The notes: generated from the letters alone by a model not told the origin. A DNA stretch of 63,995 nt, filler included, from Perkinsus chesapeaki ATCC PRA-425 (GCA_013115145.1; 18 parts of 18 records of this genome joined end to end with filler, not necessarily neighbours in it), one strand, 5' to 3'; shown: positions 47,732 through 60,526, counted from the first letter of the whole stretch. Translations and numbers: made by a program.

Positions 47732-49376
47732 ATGAAGGTCATCGCGTGCACCATATTCACGGTTGCGTTGAGCGCCTCAAACGCCCCAGCTGAACCCGCT
47801 TGGTGTAACAGCCACGAAGCCAACGAAGTCTACCCACTACGAGCATATCTACCTACTAATGATCGTGGCGTCCGAACGATGGTCGACTTTGCCTCCGATG
47901 GCCGCGGTAACTGGTATGTATCCGGTCAATCGAGTTTAATCGGTTGGTACCGAGTTTGGTGTATAAACTTTTCGGGAAAAGAGAGCTACGTGGAATTCGA
48001 TGTGCACGCGGAAGCAATTGACGTATTCTACGCTCCGCCATCTGGAACATACGTCTTTGTCATTGTTAACAACGAGATTCGTATGTACGGGACCAGGGGC
48101 AATACCCTCCCTCCACTTTACCTTGAACATCGCGTTATCGAGAAAGGTGATGATGATCACAAGTTCACTGACCTCGCGTTTGATAATTATACCGAATCCC
48201 TTTCCGTAACTGATGAAAAGACTAATCAAGTATACCATTATTTTCCTTTTAGACCTCATGTTCCGAAAAAAACAGCTGCTGGGAACCTCGATGGTCTCGC
48301 TATTGATGATGAGACTCATCTGTACCGCCCATTAGCCGTTAAGTTTGCTGCGGGTGATCTCTACATTTTACAAGGCCCCGAGAGGGAAGCTCGACTCGTA
48401 CGCTGGACACCTTTCCAGCCAAATAGGACTTATATGTATGACTTCCCGGTGGAGGGTCGGCTAGGCTTTGAGGTGTCGGATGTAAGCCCGGACTACATCT
48501 ATTACAGGAGTGGTGGTGACTCCGTATATAAGCGCTGCTCTAACTGGTCCTGTAGTGATACCACTCTTATAGCCGGTGGTTGTGGTCGTTGCCATAATGA
48601 CAATCAGCTGGTCAACCGTGGGTCAGGTGCTCTCAAAATGGACGCATCTGGTAGGCTGATGATATGGGACTTCAAAGGTAACAGGTTCGTAATGTGGGAA
48701 GATAGGGCCTTAAATTGCTCTGCCTACTCGGGCCTCCCGGCCACTACAGCCCCGGGAAAAGTCACATGGAAGGACAAAGTATCGTACAATGCTGAATATG
48801 ATGTATGTACAATGGCTCCTACGGATATCGTTAATCTGCATATTTTTTACCGTTTTGGCGCTTGGGCTAAGTGCGGCCCTTCCAGAGATTTCGAGGAAGT
48901 AAACTACCTCCCAAGTAGTCTACCACTGTCCGAAATACACGACAAACAATTGTGTATCGAGTATTTCGAGAAATTGGGCTTCACTCCTGGAGAGTCAGTG
49001 GACTATGCAAGAAGAGCTATATGCAACCTTGAAACATGTAGGTGTGGAGCCGGTCTAAGTTGCAGCGCATTTTTTATAAACACTGTCGTGTGTGTTACCG
49101 GACTTGTGAACTTATCTTGACAGTTTTCTTTCTCAGTTCTCCAACATACAGGACCTACTACAACAACAACAACGATAACCGCTGCTCCTCCGACCACAAC
49201 AGAAGTGTCGAAGGAAGTTACGTGGGAGGACCGAGTCATATATAGTGCTCCCCTGTGTCTTCTTGTAACCACTGATAACATGGTTATCTTTATTCATCCC
49301 GTTAACCTATCTGTACCCGGTAAACATAACAAGGACTGGTGCATTGAGTATTTTAAACAGTGGAAATTAATTTCTT
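47732..49376 (+). CDS. Secreted protein: signal peptide, NHL/beta-propeller-like region, Cys-containing C-terminal domain and a downstream second copy
   Basis: Hydrophobic N-terminus MKVIACTIFTVALSA; blade-like segments (FTDLAFD..SLSVTD, LYRPLAVKF..GDLYIL). 3' structure beyond 49040 uncertain. Confidence 0.6.
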
Positions 49377-51466
49377 AGCAGTCGCTGGAATATATAAGGG
49401 AGGCTACTTGCGGCGCTAATTGATGTAAGTATGGACTCGGGCATAGTTGTACCGCTTCGTGGTAGTTCCTACGTTTTATGCTTGTCCAACTCGCACAAGC
49501 AATGATTTCTAACACACTTTCAAACTTACCATGATAATTGTCTGTCCCAGTCTCCCACACAACATAGCCGACCATCATAGCAGTTCCCATCTCTCACGAT
49601 GTTAAGTGATGATTGAGTGTGATACCTGTATCTCGCCGATTCCTTCGATGTTGCGGATTTGAAATCCGGGATTTTATATTACAGAATGTTCTTAAATAGT
49701 GTTATTTTAAATTCATTACACTAATAGAGTAATCTACTCTTATCAATCGGTTCAAGACAATCCTAATTACATTCTTGGATTGACAGTTTAACCGATAACG
49801 GTATTGAGATTGAGTTAAAAGAGTTGGTTTAAACAATGGGGTATCTAGTCCTATGAATACTCACTTCGCCTGGACCTTACATATCGCTACACAAATTGAG
49901 CTGTTCATTGACCAGCCCAAAGTTATTGATAGCAGCCTCATTCGTTGAGTAGATCCTGACGCGTCAATCGTGTCCAAAAGGGGAATACTACAGCATTTCC
50001 CGGTCATGTTTCCGACTCGCGCACTCTTATATCCGACTGGCGCGCATCAAATATCCGGANNNNNNNNNNNNNNNNNNNNNNNNNNNNNNNNNNNNNNNNN
50101 NNNTTAATTAATTAANNNNNNNNNNNNNNNNNNNNNNNNNNNNNNNNNNNNNNNNNNNNGTTCCTTTTCTGGCGTCGGCTTCAGAATCACGGTGTCAACT
50201 GTGGCCTTGCCACCATGGTGTCAAACCGTAAGGCTTTTTCGCTCCAATCGCGTCTTTTCTATATATGTCATATAAGTTTTATATGCTTCGGTGGAACCGC
50301 TAAAGTCTAATGTTCCTCGTATTGACGTCGATGTTGTGTACTGGCGATTACTTCACGAATGTTGGCTGTTGAGTTCATGAAGCTGAGTTAATGTATGAGA
50401 ACAGAGATTCTAACAGACACTTAACCTGCTTAAAATAGTAATTTCGAATCAGAACCTCTGATCATGGCACGATCAAGCCATTATCAGGAATACTCGAATC
50501 AAATTGAACGGCTTTTCAATACGTATCTAGTTCGTCCCTGAGAGCATCAAGCGGCGGCGACGAGCGAAGCTTTAACTCCGACTCCGCAACCGACGGATTT
50601 TTCTCGCGCTTGGGGAGCGCAAATTCGTCTCGGAACGTTCAGTTTCTTATATTTCGCCAGCTTGGAAACCTCGAAGGCGAACTAGATAATGGACTGGTGT
50701 AGATAGCACTCAGTATTTAACTACTGACTGCAGACTATAACGGCACGCATTGTGCAGCACACTAAAGAGGACGAATAAGAACTCCTAGAGGAAATATCTG
50801 CAGCATATCCCGCGGTGAAAAGGTAACGCAAGTGGTGCTGTATGATTGTAAACCTTATTTGCCTCGCGAACATAGCATTTCCGGCTAGATCAACTGGCTG
50901 CCCAGCTGTTAATTTCCCGCTGTTGCGATGCATGGCGTGTTTACGCCACGGTGCCACGTAAAGGGGCTCAGCGCGGCCCAAGGGATTGGGTTGTCCAATC
51001 TCAGATCCTTTCTGGATCCATTTCGTCAATGAATAAACTCAGAGCCAGTAGGATCTCATGGGAAAATCCCTCTCCAATATGCTGTCGAGTGCAACAAACC
51101 AAAGTACTCGAACCTAGTCATGAGGGCCAACCTACGACCCTAATGCTTGCTGTCGAGCGACGAACATAGCTCGGCAGCCGAGCAAAGCTCTCGGGCGCTT
51201 CGCCACGCTTGAAGATGAAGTGTCACAGAGACTCAGACAGACTACGTATTCACAGACTAGTGCACTGATCATCATCCAGAAAGCCTCGGAGGTTTAACCT
51301 CCTCGATGAGGGACGCTTAGGCCCACCAAGAAAAAGATACAAGGAAAAGGGTTACACTAAATATCATTTTCGCTTCTATTGTTTTAAAATTACTCAAAAT
51401 AGGTTTCGCAGTAATGCTGGACATTCTTGAGAGAGTGAAGAACACGTTGTATCATATCGATATAGC

Positions 51467-52146
51467 CTATCTTGCTATCACCTTCGCCACAGCTTTACCT
51501 GCATCTACTCGTCCGAATGGAAGGGCAAACTTTCGAGAGAAATCCTTGAGACCTTTCTGGGAAGTGCCCTTGAGGATCTTCTTGATATCACGAGGCTTTA
51601 GACCCGGATTTACACTGTAGAGCATGGCTGCCACACCAGCAACAATGGCAGACGCTGGAGACGTACCAAGCATTGTTGTAAAGCCACCATCATTCCCGGT
51701 CGTTATAATATTGCCTGGGGCAGCAATGTCCACGTAAGTCCCGAAGTTCGAGAAATAAGTCGTTGTCATTTTTGAATGTTCTGTCGCACCGATACACAAC
51801 ATTCCATCGCATTGTTGAGTGAGAGCACAAGGGTAACGCTTCTCCGTAGGAATATCTTTGCCTTCATTCCCAGCAGGTACAATTATAAGAATACCAGCTT
51901 GGTTTGTTTGCTTAATCTTGTCGGCCAAGTAGGGCTCAATCGTAGGTCCGGAGATAGCCATCAATATAACCTTTATATCTTCCGCTCCCCTGTTGCTAAT
52001 GACATAGTCTATGGCAGCCGTCAAAGTCGAATCGGAAGGATCATCACCCACGCAAATCGGCATGATATTAACGAGGTCCATAACACCTGCTATACCCAAC
52101 GTGTTGTTGATAGTAGCACCTAACACCCCGGCCATTTCAGTACCAT
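51467..52146 (-). CDS. Subtilisin-like serine protease (S8), C-terminal part
   Basis: (H)GTEMAG at the contig edge, oxyanion PAGNEG, VDIAAPG, catalytic GTSPAS. Confidence 0.92.
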
Positions 52147-55100
52147 NNNNNNNNNNNNNNNNNNNNNNNNNNNNNNNNNNNNNNNNNNNNTTAATTAATT
52201 AANNNNNNNNNNNNNNNNNNNNNNNNNNNNNNNNNNNNNNNNNNNNTAAACAGATGTACAGTCTACTCGAATCATTGAAATAGCATCATCATGGAATGCA
52301 ATCTTCATCTGATTCTACATGGCGTAACGCCACTGGCGTTGTCTTTTATTGGCATATGTTGGCAGATTCGTCATGCGAAGTGTGGTTTCTGGCTTAGTCA
52401 CAGGACCCGGCCAGCGCGCGGCGTGGCAACAAGCGAGGGCTTATCGAACTCGGGTAAGTACTAAGTGAGTACTGTATCCTAGACAGTGAGGCATGATCGC
52501 CAAGGTAGAGGGGTCCCCAACTGTGGCTGAACGCAACACGAGTTTCAAACTCGAAGTTTGTTTGTTCATACTGAATAGACCTACTACCCCCTACTACCTA
52601 TCAGACCTGAATACCGAACTATTCTGCAAACACTTCTACTAGCACATAATGTACAATATTACTATATAATATAAAGTATACATACATATAGTCGTGATTT
52701 GAACTCGGCGAATCCGCAGCAATTCATCCTCCCAACGGGACGAGGTCCCATGTGGAACACAAGCACACAAGAACTTCTTGCCAACAAGCTGTTTTTCCTG
52801 ATATGCTGCCGTTTTGACCCATTGCACCTGTCCTTGCTCCCTCTTGCTGTAAGTACTTCACGCTGCGCGGGACTGCACGCACCGATTCCAGGGCCCATCT
52901 CGACACCGAGGCTCTTTCATCAGATTACTGACTAAGCTTCAGGCCCTCAGACTGAGGGCCTCAGTGGCGAGGGCTTCTCAATATCGTACAATCTTGCGAA
53001 GGGCACGGTACTTTTCGTTGGAATAACCTATTCCTAATTGTAGTTGAACTCACCGAATCACGGCCCGTGATTCACGGGTATAGACGATGTATCGAGTACT
53101 AGTTCTGTACTTCCCCGACCGATGTATCACGCAATTTTCTAATCACCCACTCATTCTGCACTGTACCAGCGCCAGTGAGCTGCCTGCACAGTGTGTGCCT
53201 TATGTGGGTCACTGTGCACTCTGCATAGTACCTAGTCTATGCGAGCCGTTACTCGGTCGGTATGTCACTCGGTCGGTACTCAGTTCAATTCATGCTAGCG
53301 CCGCACGTTCTGCACAGTACCTAGCGCCCAGATCCTGGCCTGTATGAGCCACTTCATTGGTGTAGCCCTTTACGCATGCAGCGTAGTACTCTGAGAGTAC
53401 TGACTAGCCTCTCTGAGGAGCCCGCTTAGTTTGAGATCAAATCAATGCTATCAATTATGAGCTGGGTATCAGTCCCTCTACAGTGTAGAGTATAAACTCA
53501 GCCGCTGTGTCACAACTGGATTTAGGCCCGTGTCACGCTGCGTAGTCACAAAGTTTGTGACTAACTCCGTTTAACGGAGATTCAATCTTGTGGAAAAACT
53601 GCATCTGTTCTCAATCTGTCTCCGGCGACTCTTCTCAGTTTATCTGCGGCGGCCAGCTCAGACTATACACACAGGTCCGTACTGACGCTGCCACCGCGCA
53701 GATCTACTTGGGCTTACCGACCCTTAGGCATTCAGGCCTCCTCAAGCTATGAAGCGCCACCGCCGTTTCATCGTCGGACTCACGGTCCTGCTCATCGGCG
53801 TGAGTTGCGCAGGCTGAGCGCATAAAGCTGATACTCTTGACTCAAATAAACAGGTTCCGACCACTAGGCGCATGTTATTCACAAGGTCTATCCGAGGTCT
53901 ATGCGGCCTCTCGCTGGAAGAGTTATCAGTGATAAATGCATCAATCAATTGCCTCAAATTGAGGCCCTCAATTGAACTAAGCCAATATTAGCCTATCGTG
54001 ACTACGAGTCACTGACTAGCTGCCGGTCAAACGTCAGTTCGAACCAATTTGATCCTCCAGCTTCGAAATTCTCGGAGCTTATTGTTAATAAGTCATTTAG
54101 AAGACGATAGCAGGGTCTTCGAATAGCGTTAGGTTAAGCGCTACTGTGACAGTAGCATGCAGTATCTTCTATTCAACTCTCATTAGGGTGCTCCAACACA
54201 GAGGAAGTACCGTAGGGCAAATCCACGCACGTGATGGGCGCTGGTTAAAGTTATCACTACTCAGGTTAGACCATCATGGCCATCCTGCTATACTAGCACT
54301 ACTATAACTTTTTAAATACCCATCTCAAACGGTGCGAGACGATCTCTTGGCGGCTAGATAATGTTTGTATGAATGTTTGGGAACCCGTGAGTCAGATATC
54401 AGCACTCTCTTTTGTTCGAGAGTTTAATATTTCAATCGCTTTGGTGATTGTATGACGCAACCTGCGTCTACTGGACGATGTATGGCGACCAGCCCAGATC
54501 ATACACAGATCCGTACCGGTTCTCGCCAATTGCTCTCTTTTTGAGCCATAAAACTTCGATTCTTGTATCGATCCCCATCGCACAGGAGGCAAATCCTTCT
54601 CGACTCATTGCAGAGCCGTCAAGAGCTACCTGTCACTATTTGGTGACCTCATGGTCGAACCAGGCTCAGCTCGAGACTGGCCCGACCAACACATCGCATT
54701 TGTTATGAATCTTCAGTTAGAAGATGTCCCTATGGAGGGTGCTTAAATGTAGCGCAAATCCAATATCTTTGTGTCGTGCATCGTGTCTGAAATTATTTGG
54801 GGTGTGCGTGCCGGTGCAATCGAATTGAGCATCCAACGCCAAAGGGAGTCGCACGCATGCCCAACGGTCACTGATGTTTTTGTCAATAGTCTCACAGCGA
54901 ACAACCGTTTTACCGTTCTGCGGGCATTAAACGACTGTCGAGATCGTCAGTGATATCATGCATAATTTTCGTCAGCACGTGCAGCGTAGATCGAAAGATA
55001 TTTGCATTTTTGTGCGCAGATTTCCCAGAAGTTCTGATTTGTACAGATGTCTGTCACAGACTGCCTGTGGGAACTTGGCAAGTTCAACTTGCCATCAACC

Positions 55101-55352
55101 CGATGTGCATTTCACGTTAGCCCGGAGGGCCATTCCGGGTGGGACCAGACCCTCTGAGCGTGAGAAGGCGCCGTTGGCGGACAATCATGCTTTTAGTTGA
55201 GCAAGGTCGCGCCGGGAAAACTCACCGGATCAGTGTTGCGTTGTCAGGGAATGTTATCGTTGAAGTGTCACGGTGACAGCCTGGAGGTTAGGAGCTATCG
55301 TTGGTCTATTCGTTGCTAAACTTTTGATTGTCGATATCTATTCGGCCTAACA

Positions 55353-55469
55353 ATGCGTTCTTTGGCCAACATCCTCCTCTTCGCTATTGCGGCTTCTGAC
55401 AATGCCTGTAATGACGGAGACAAGGCGAAGATTGGGGGGAGCCTGTTCCCTGGTTTCCTGTGGCACTGT
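55353..55469 (+). CDS. N-terminus of a probable secreted Cys-containing protein (truncated)
   Basis: MRSLANILLFAIAASDNACNDGDKAKIGGSLFPGFLWHC; signal-peptide-like start, runs into the gap. Confidence 0.4.
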
Positions 55470-55757
55470 NNNNNNNNNNNNNNNNNNNNNNNNNNNNNNN
55501 NNNNNNNNNNNNNTTAATTAATTAANNNNNNNNNNNNNNNNNNNNNNNNNNNNNNNNNNNNNNNNNNNNATGAGTGGTATGTGAGATTTCTTGCCCCTCC
55601 GTGTTTTCCTCCTGTCTTGCGGTTTCTTGTAATTACAGGTTCTCATGCTTAGTTGGCTGTTAAGCAGCTTAACTTAAACGGGCTTCAGTCACTCTCAGCT
55701 GGGTATGGGTTTCATAGGTAAATTCACATTCCCATGTCGCGGGACACGCCTACCCTT

Positions 55758-57222
55758 TTACCTCGTCGGTAATACCGTCCACATGACGCCAGAGTAACTT
55801 CGAAGGGCTACAGTGGGTCGATGTCGATAGGGAGCCACTAAATTCCTTCCTTTCGGAAAAAGGCTACCCAAGTAGGCAAATTTATCTACTTCCTCGACTT
55901 CAGAGTCATGAACCTTCAAACGTAGATTGGAATCACCCAATCCCTCAGACAAAATCAAACATTTCGTCTTAGGTAAGGAAAGTTCCATTCCAAACCTAGC
56001 CAAAGATGCCGAGAGCCTATCTAAGTTCCGTTGAAGAGCTAAATCATCATCAGCCAGTAAAACGATGTCGTCTGCGAACAGGAGGCACGAGAGGTTTGCG
56101 GACTCAACACTATCCTTGCTTTCACAAAGAATGCTCAAACCAACCTCCAAATTGGCATCTCTTAGTACCATTTCCATGAAAATGATGAACAAGAGAGGAG
56201 CTACACGGCACCCTCGTCGAGTTCCCATCTCAGTAGGAAAGTTCAGAAATCCTGCTTTTACTTGAGCTACAGTGTTTCGGTGAAGCGATTCAACAGCTGA
56301 AATCAGCTTTTCATCGCAACCAGCCAACCTGAGGGCACGCCAGATGGCAGTACGAGGTACCTTGTCGAAGGCTGCTTTCAAACCCAGGAAGACAGCGGAG
56401 AGCCTGCCCCCATTAAAGTTGCAAGCTTCCTGGCATCGTCGAAGTACATCTACTGCATCTATGGTCCTTTTTGCCGACAAAAAGCCATACTGCTTTTCAC
56501 CAAAAAAACTCTCTGCCAGAGGTTTTAACCTATGCCCCAGTACACCCGCATAAACTTTGCCGATATGATCAAGCAGGTTTATACCGCCATAGTTTCCAGC
56601 ATCTTTCCTATCTCTTTTTTTATAGAAAGGGACTATAATGGAATGCACAAGGGCAGCCGGAATACTCGTTGGATTATTCGACCACTGCTGACATAGTTGG
56701 TGTAAAATCCCAAAAGTATGCTCACCACCTGCTTTTAGGGCAGATGTGAGCACTCCATTCGCACCTGGCGCTTTGCCATTGTCTATAGAGTTGAGAGATT
56801 CCTTCACCTCAGTCAAGTAGATGTCATCCCCTCCTTCACGCTCTAAGAAAAGGTTAGCTGGATCAAGAGGTGGGAGAGCACATTCCTTCAAAGCAAAAAG
56901 TTGCTTGAAGTGGTCTGCAAACTCCCACGGGGAGAGGGAATCATGTTGTTTGCGGTTCAGCGTGAAGCCCAGTCCTGGTTTCATTTCCCCTGATGAGTCT
57001 TTCAACGTCCCCGACAGCATGTTGAGCTTCCGCGTTCTCTATTTGAGCACACTTCAGCTCTATGAAATCAGCTTTGGCTTTTTTTCACTGCCACCACCAC
57101 TTTGCCGCGAGCTTCACGAAAAAGATCAAGAGCTTCCGGCGTCTTACTGCATAAGAACGCCTTCCACTTTGACCTCTTGCTGCTCAGCGCGGCTACAACA
57201 TGAGGTGCAGAGAGCCAGGGTT
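55758..57222 (-). pseudogene. Degenerate RTE-like LINE reverse transcriptase
   Basis: KAPGANG, YGGINLL, QYGF, FLGLKAAFD (Asp replaced by Gly), GTRRGC..PLLF, LFADD. Frameshift in the upstream linker at an A-run near 57080. Confidence 0.85.
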
Positions 57223-57645
57223 NNNNNNNNNNNNNNNNNNNNNNNNNNNNNNNNNNNNNNNNNNNNTTAATTAATTAANNNNNNNNNNNNNNNNNNNNNN
57301 NNNNNNNNNNNNNNNNNNNNNNAATCTGTGGGCGTTACTCACCTGGGCATCGAGCAGCATTGAGGCATAAATAAAGTTAGTGTGGTCCGCCTCCCACTTC
57401 CGCGCAGTCGAGAAGCCTAGCCTCGTATCAAGGACCTTCGAGCGAGAGCAACTAGGCAATTACATTCATCCACCCAAGGGAACCTATAGTGTCTATCTAG
57501 ATAGACTTAAACTTAGGAAAGAGATACTAAAGCGAGACACTACGCTGCAGCTGCGCAGCACTCTTGTCTACCAAACAGACATAAAAGCGAACAGACTAAA
57601 TACAGTAAGCGAATAGTAAGTCATAACAGACTTACGAACTTCGGT

Positions 57646-58594
57646 CTAAAACACGATGTTACTAACACTCACATTAACAATCCCATCAGCTCCAATAGTG
57701 ATAACGCTGCCCCCATCCTTGGTAACGTGAATGTCGCTGATAGCAGCTCCTTTGGCATGAAGACCTTCAAGACGATGTAGCGGACGACGGGTACTCGCAC
57801 GGGGATCCCATACGCACACTAGGCTGTCTTGTCCACCGGTAATGAGCAACCTGAAGACCCGGAGCAGACCCCCCCCGAGCGATGCGCACAAGAGAAGTAT
57901 CTTCACTTGTTTTCTCCAAGTGACGCCAATGCTGTAACATGACCTTTTGAATGACCTCGCGAACACGCGGCCTAATCAGGGATGCTACAGGAAGTGCGGG
58001 AGTATCATGTCTACTTCAGTGCCCCCCACGATGTCCCAGATACGGACTGTCGAATCCCGCCCACCGGAGACTATCCCATAATTTGGACAAATAATGAAGT
58101 CCAGAACCTGACGTCAATTCGGATGGAGACATGTGCCCATGACATAAAACAGGGAGACTGGTCGTGACTCGCCAGCATTCGAACAAAAAGTTACAAGTCT
58201 GGACAGAGGTATTGATATAGAAGAAGTGACATAGAGATATAATTACATTCACTGTAATGTGACTAAATAATAATGCTTCACTGTGAAGCATTATTATGAT
58301 ATGATGAGAATGATATATTGAAGAATACTAATGCTTAAGAAATATAAGCAAGTTGTAATGAAACGAAAATAGGGCAGGCTAATGTATTGGAAATCATTCA
58401 TACCAGGAAAATTTTCGGGTCCGAACTTTACAATACTCAATTCTCGTAGTCTCATGAAAGCGCATACTGACCGCTCCTGCATGCCCTCGGAGGACGGCGG
58501 AATTCGCAAAATTGTGACCGGCACACGGTCGCCAAATGTGTAGGGTCCGGTCGTAACTCGAGCTCACCAAGGCGGATCTGACAGAGAATTGCAA
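57646..58594 (-). CDS. WD40-repeat protein (possibly SNRNP40-like), multi-exon
   Basis: LVSSSYDRTLHIW...LRGHAGAV, LITGGQDSLVCVWD, VITIGADGIV. Confidence 0.65.
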
Positions 58595-58959
58595 AAAATC
58601 CTAGCATTTCGACGGAGGCGTTTGAGTCTGGGATAAGTAGCGTATCTCACCCATCTTTGAGAGCTCTAAGTCGTGAAATGGATCCAACGTGATCACACAA
58701 ATCGACGCATGCTGTCCCATTTTGCTTCCAGACGCAGATCTTGGAGTCCATCCCGCCTGAGACTACTCTGCCATCTGGCAAATGCGTTAGTGAAGTGACC
58801 TGCAAATTACTTCGATGGGATTAGAAGTTCTAATTTAGAGCACAGTTGAGACTCACCCACTCTGTGTGACCGAAACGCTTCGTGAATAACTCTCGAGTCT
58901 GTCGTCCTGTTCTTGCGTTAATTATCTTGATGCCGTGATCGGCACAGCCGATAGCAACT

Positions 58960-59943
58960 TCATTTTCTCTCACCTGACCAAACCGACTCAATGGAACCAA
59001 CTACTCTGAGTTTGATGCAAGATTGGGGAATGAGGGATGCCCACTGCGAATGTCGCAGTGGAACACGGGCTTTCAATGCCTTAATTCTATTCCCTACCGA
59101 TATGCAGAATAAGGGCCTATCAGATACATCAGTCTGGACCGGCTCGGCTTCAAAGCGCGATAACAACTTTGTGCTAGAGGTATCTTCAACCCCGCTCGCA
59201 TCAAACGTTTCGGCTCCGCAAGGTGCCTCCAGTTTGTCAGCTAGTTGTAGGTGTAATCCATCGTCTTTATTCGATGCATATGCATTGAGGAAAGGATCAT
59301 CATCTGTTGTCACTCCTTGGGCTTCCAAGGCATCTTTGAACGAGTTCATGTACGCGGTTGTCTTGTCAGTGGATTTTGCAGGTCGATGAAGATGTCGTAG
59401 AATCTCGCGCCCATCCGGACTCCTAAGGAGTAAAAAAAATCTGCCACTTCTGGGAGAGCCTAATATACGACGACGTCTATTATAGCTACCGAATAGCCAG
59501 GGCATCATCCACTATATATTCAAGCCCCAGCGTTTGCTTACCGGAGAGGGAGGTACAACCCATTTTTCACTCGAACGAAGTCAGAGTTATCTACGGGAAC
59601 CGCTTCGATGACTTCCGAATGCTTCACACAGCGACCGCGTGGATCCTTGGAATCGAAGCTCGGGCTTGTCCGGTATGCCACACCGCATCTCGGCAGAACC
59701 TCGTATGTCGCTGGCTGCACTGTCATGCACCTCAAAACTACTGGGTTCTATACGTGACGGACGGCCGTCTATGACTAGGCTCAAGTTACAATTTCCACTT
59801 GAAAAGCTCTGTAGATGCTGCAGCCACGAGAGAAACTGTTTGATGACAGCCACCAGCTCGAAGTTGTCAAATCCGAAGAGAACCACGCAGGACTCCAGGG
59901 GGGGTCTTATCCCATGTAGGCTCCGCCGCGCAGGGACACCCAA
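58960..59943 (-). CDS. Hypothetical protein, probably spliced; contains a possible SH3-like segment
   Basis: Three consecutive minus-strand ORFs; segment GVAYRTSPSF...FVRVKNGLYLP. No firm family. Confidence 0.35.
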
Positions 59944-60070
59944 TGTATATTAGCTGTGGCATGCTTGCAACAGTAGCAGCCTGCTATCGTCAGCAAATTG
60001 GTGACACTAATATCAGGTCGTTGAAAATTTTCGACCCCCACAAGTGCGAGAGAAAGTAATATTCTCATGG

Positions 60071-60138
60071 GCTCCGCTAGCTCAGTAGGCAGAGCGTGTG
60101 GCTGTTAACCACAAGGTCGGTGGTTCGAACCCATCGTG
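60071..60138 (+). tRNA. trnN-GTT: tRNA-Asn(GTT), last few nt cut by the contig end
   Basis: GCTCCGC-TAGCTCAG, anticodon loop CTGTTAA, T-arm GGTGG-TTCGAAC-CCATC. Confidence 0.9.
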
Positions 60139-60238
60139 NNNNNNNNNNNNNNNNNNNNNNNNNNNNNNNNNNNNNNNNNNNNTTAATTAATTAANNNNNN
60201 NNNNNNNNNNNNNNNNNNNNNNNNNNNNNNNNNNNNNN

Positions 60239-60291
60239 CTGCGCTTCTTATCACCTGCGGGCTTAGTAGCGGTAGCAGTTTTAGGAGCCAT
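60239..60291 (-). CDS. H2B: Probable histone H2B N-terminus (truncated)
   Basis: MAPKTATATKPAGDKKR directly downstream of H2A, sharing its upstream motif. The histone fold is not visible. Confidence 0.6.
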
Positions 60292-60367
60292 TATTCGATA
60301 ATTTATCGCGTAAACGTGAAGTATAGAAAAATGCCAAAGCTAGAAAGCTGCATGCATACGTGGGCAA

Positions 60368-60388
60368 TCTGATGGAAAAACCATAAAA
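60368..60388 (-). promoter_or_regulatory. 21-nt motif upstream of H2B, putative trans-splice acceptor
   Basis: TTTTATGGTTTTTCCATCAGA, identical to 61092-61112; the AG lies 77 nt before the ATG. Confidence 0.55.
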
Positions 60389-60526
60389 ACATAATTCAGT
60401 CTGATTTGAGTTCAGACCGATGCGCATCGCAACCTGTTACTCGAAACTCAGCAGGTTTATAGGTCTTTACACTACCACACTCTACAGACGTGGAAAATCC
60501 AACACATTCAACTGATTAGAAAGGAT

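Larger units (their letters stand above)
1072..54019. other. Dispersed palindromic scars S[1-7]+rc(S)+S[2-8], putative DNA-transposon excision footprints (8-bp TSD)
   Basis: Perfect 22-mers at 3053, 20150, 25118, 25143, 25459, 25568, 30776, 47006, 52944, 53057, 53951. One-mismatch copies at 21415, 28303, 36013, 51281, 52539, 53379, 53998. Extended forms at 1072-1132, 7154-7230, 46703-46735. The structure is directly seen; the footprint interpretation is inference. Confidence 0.8.
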
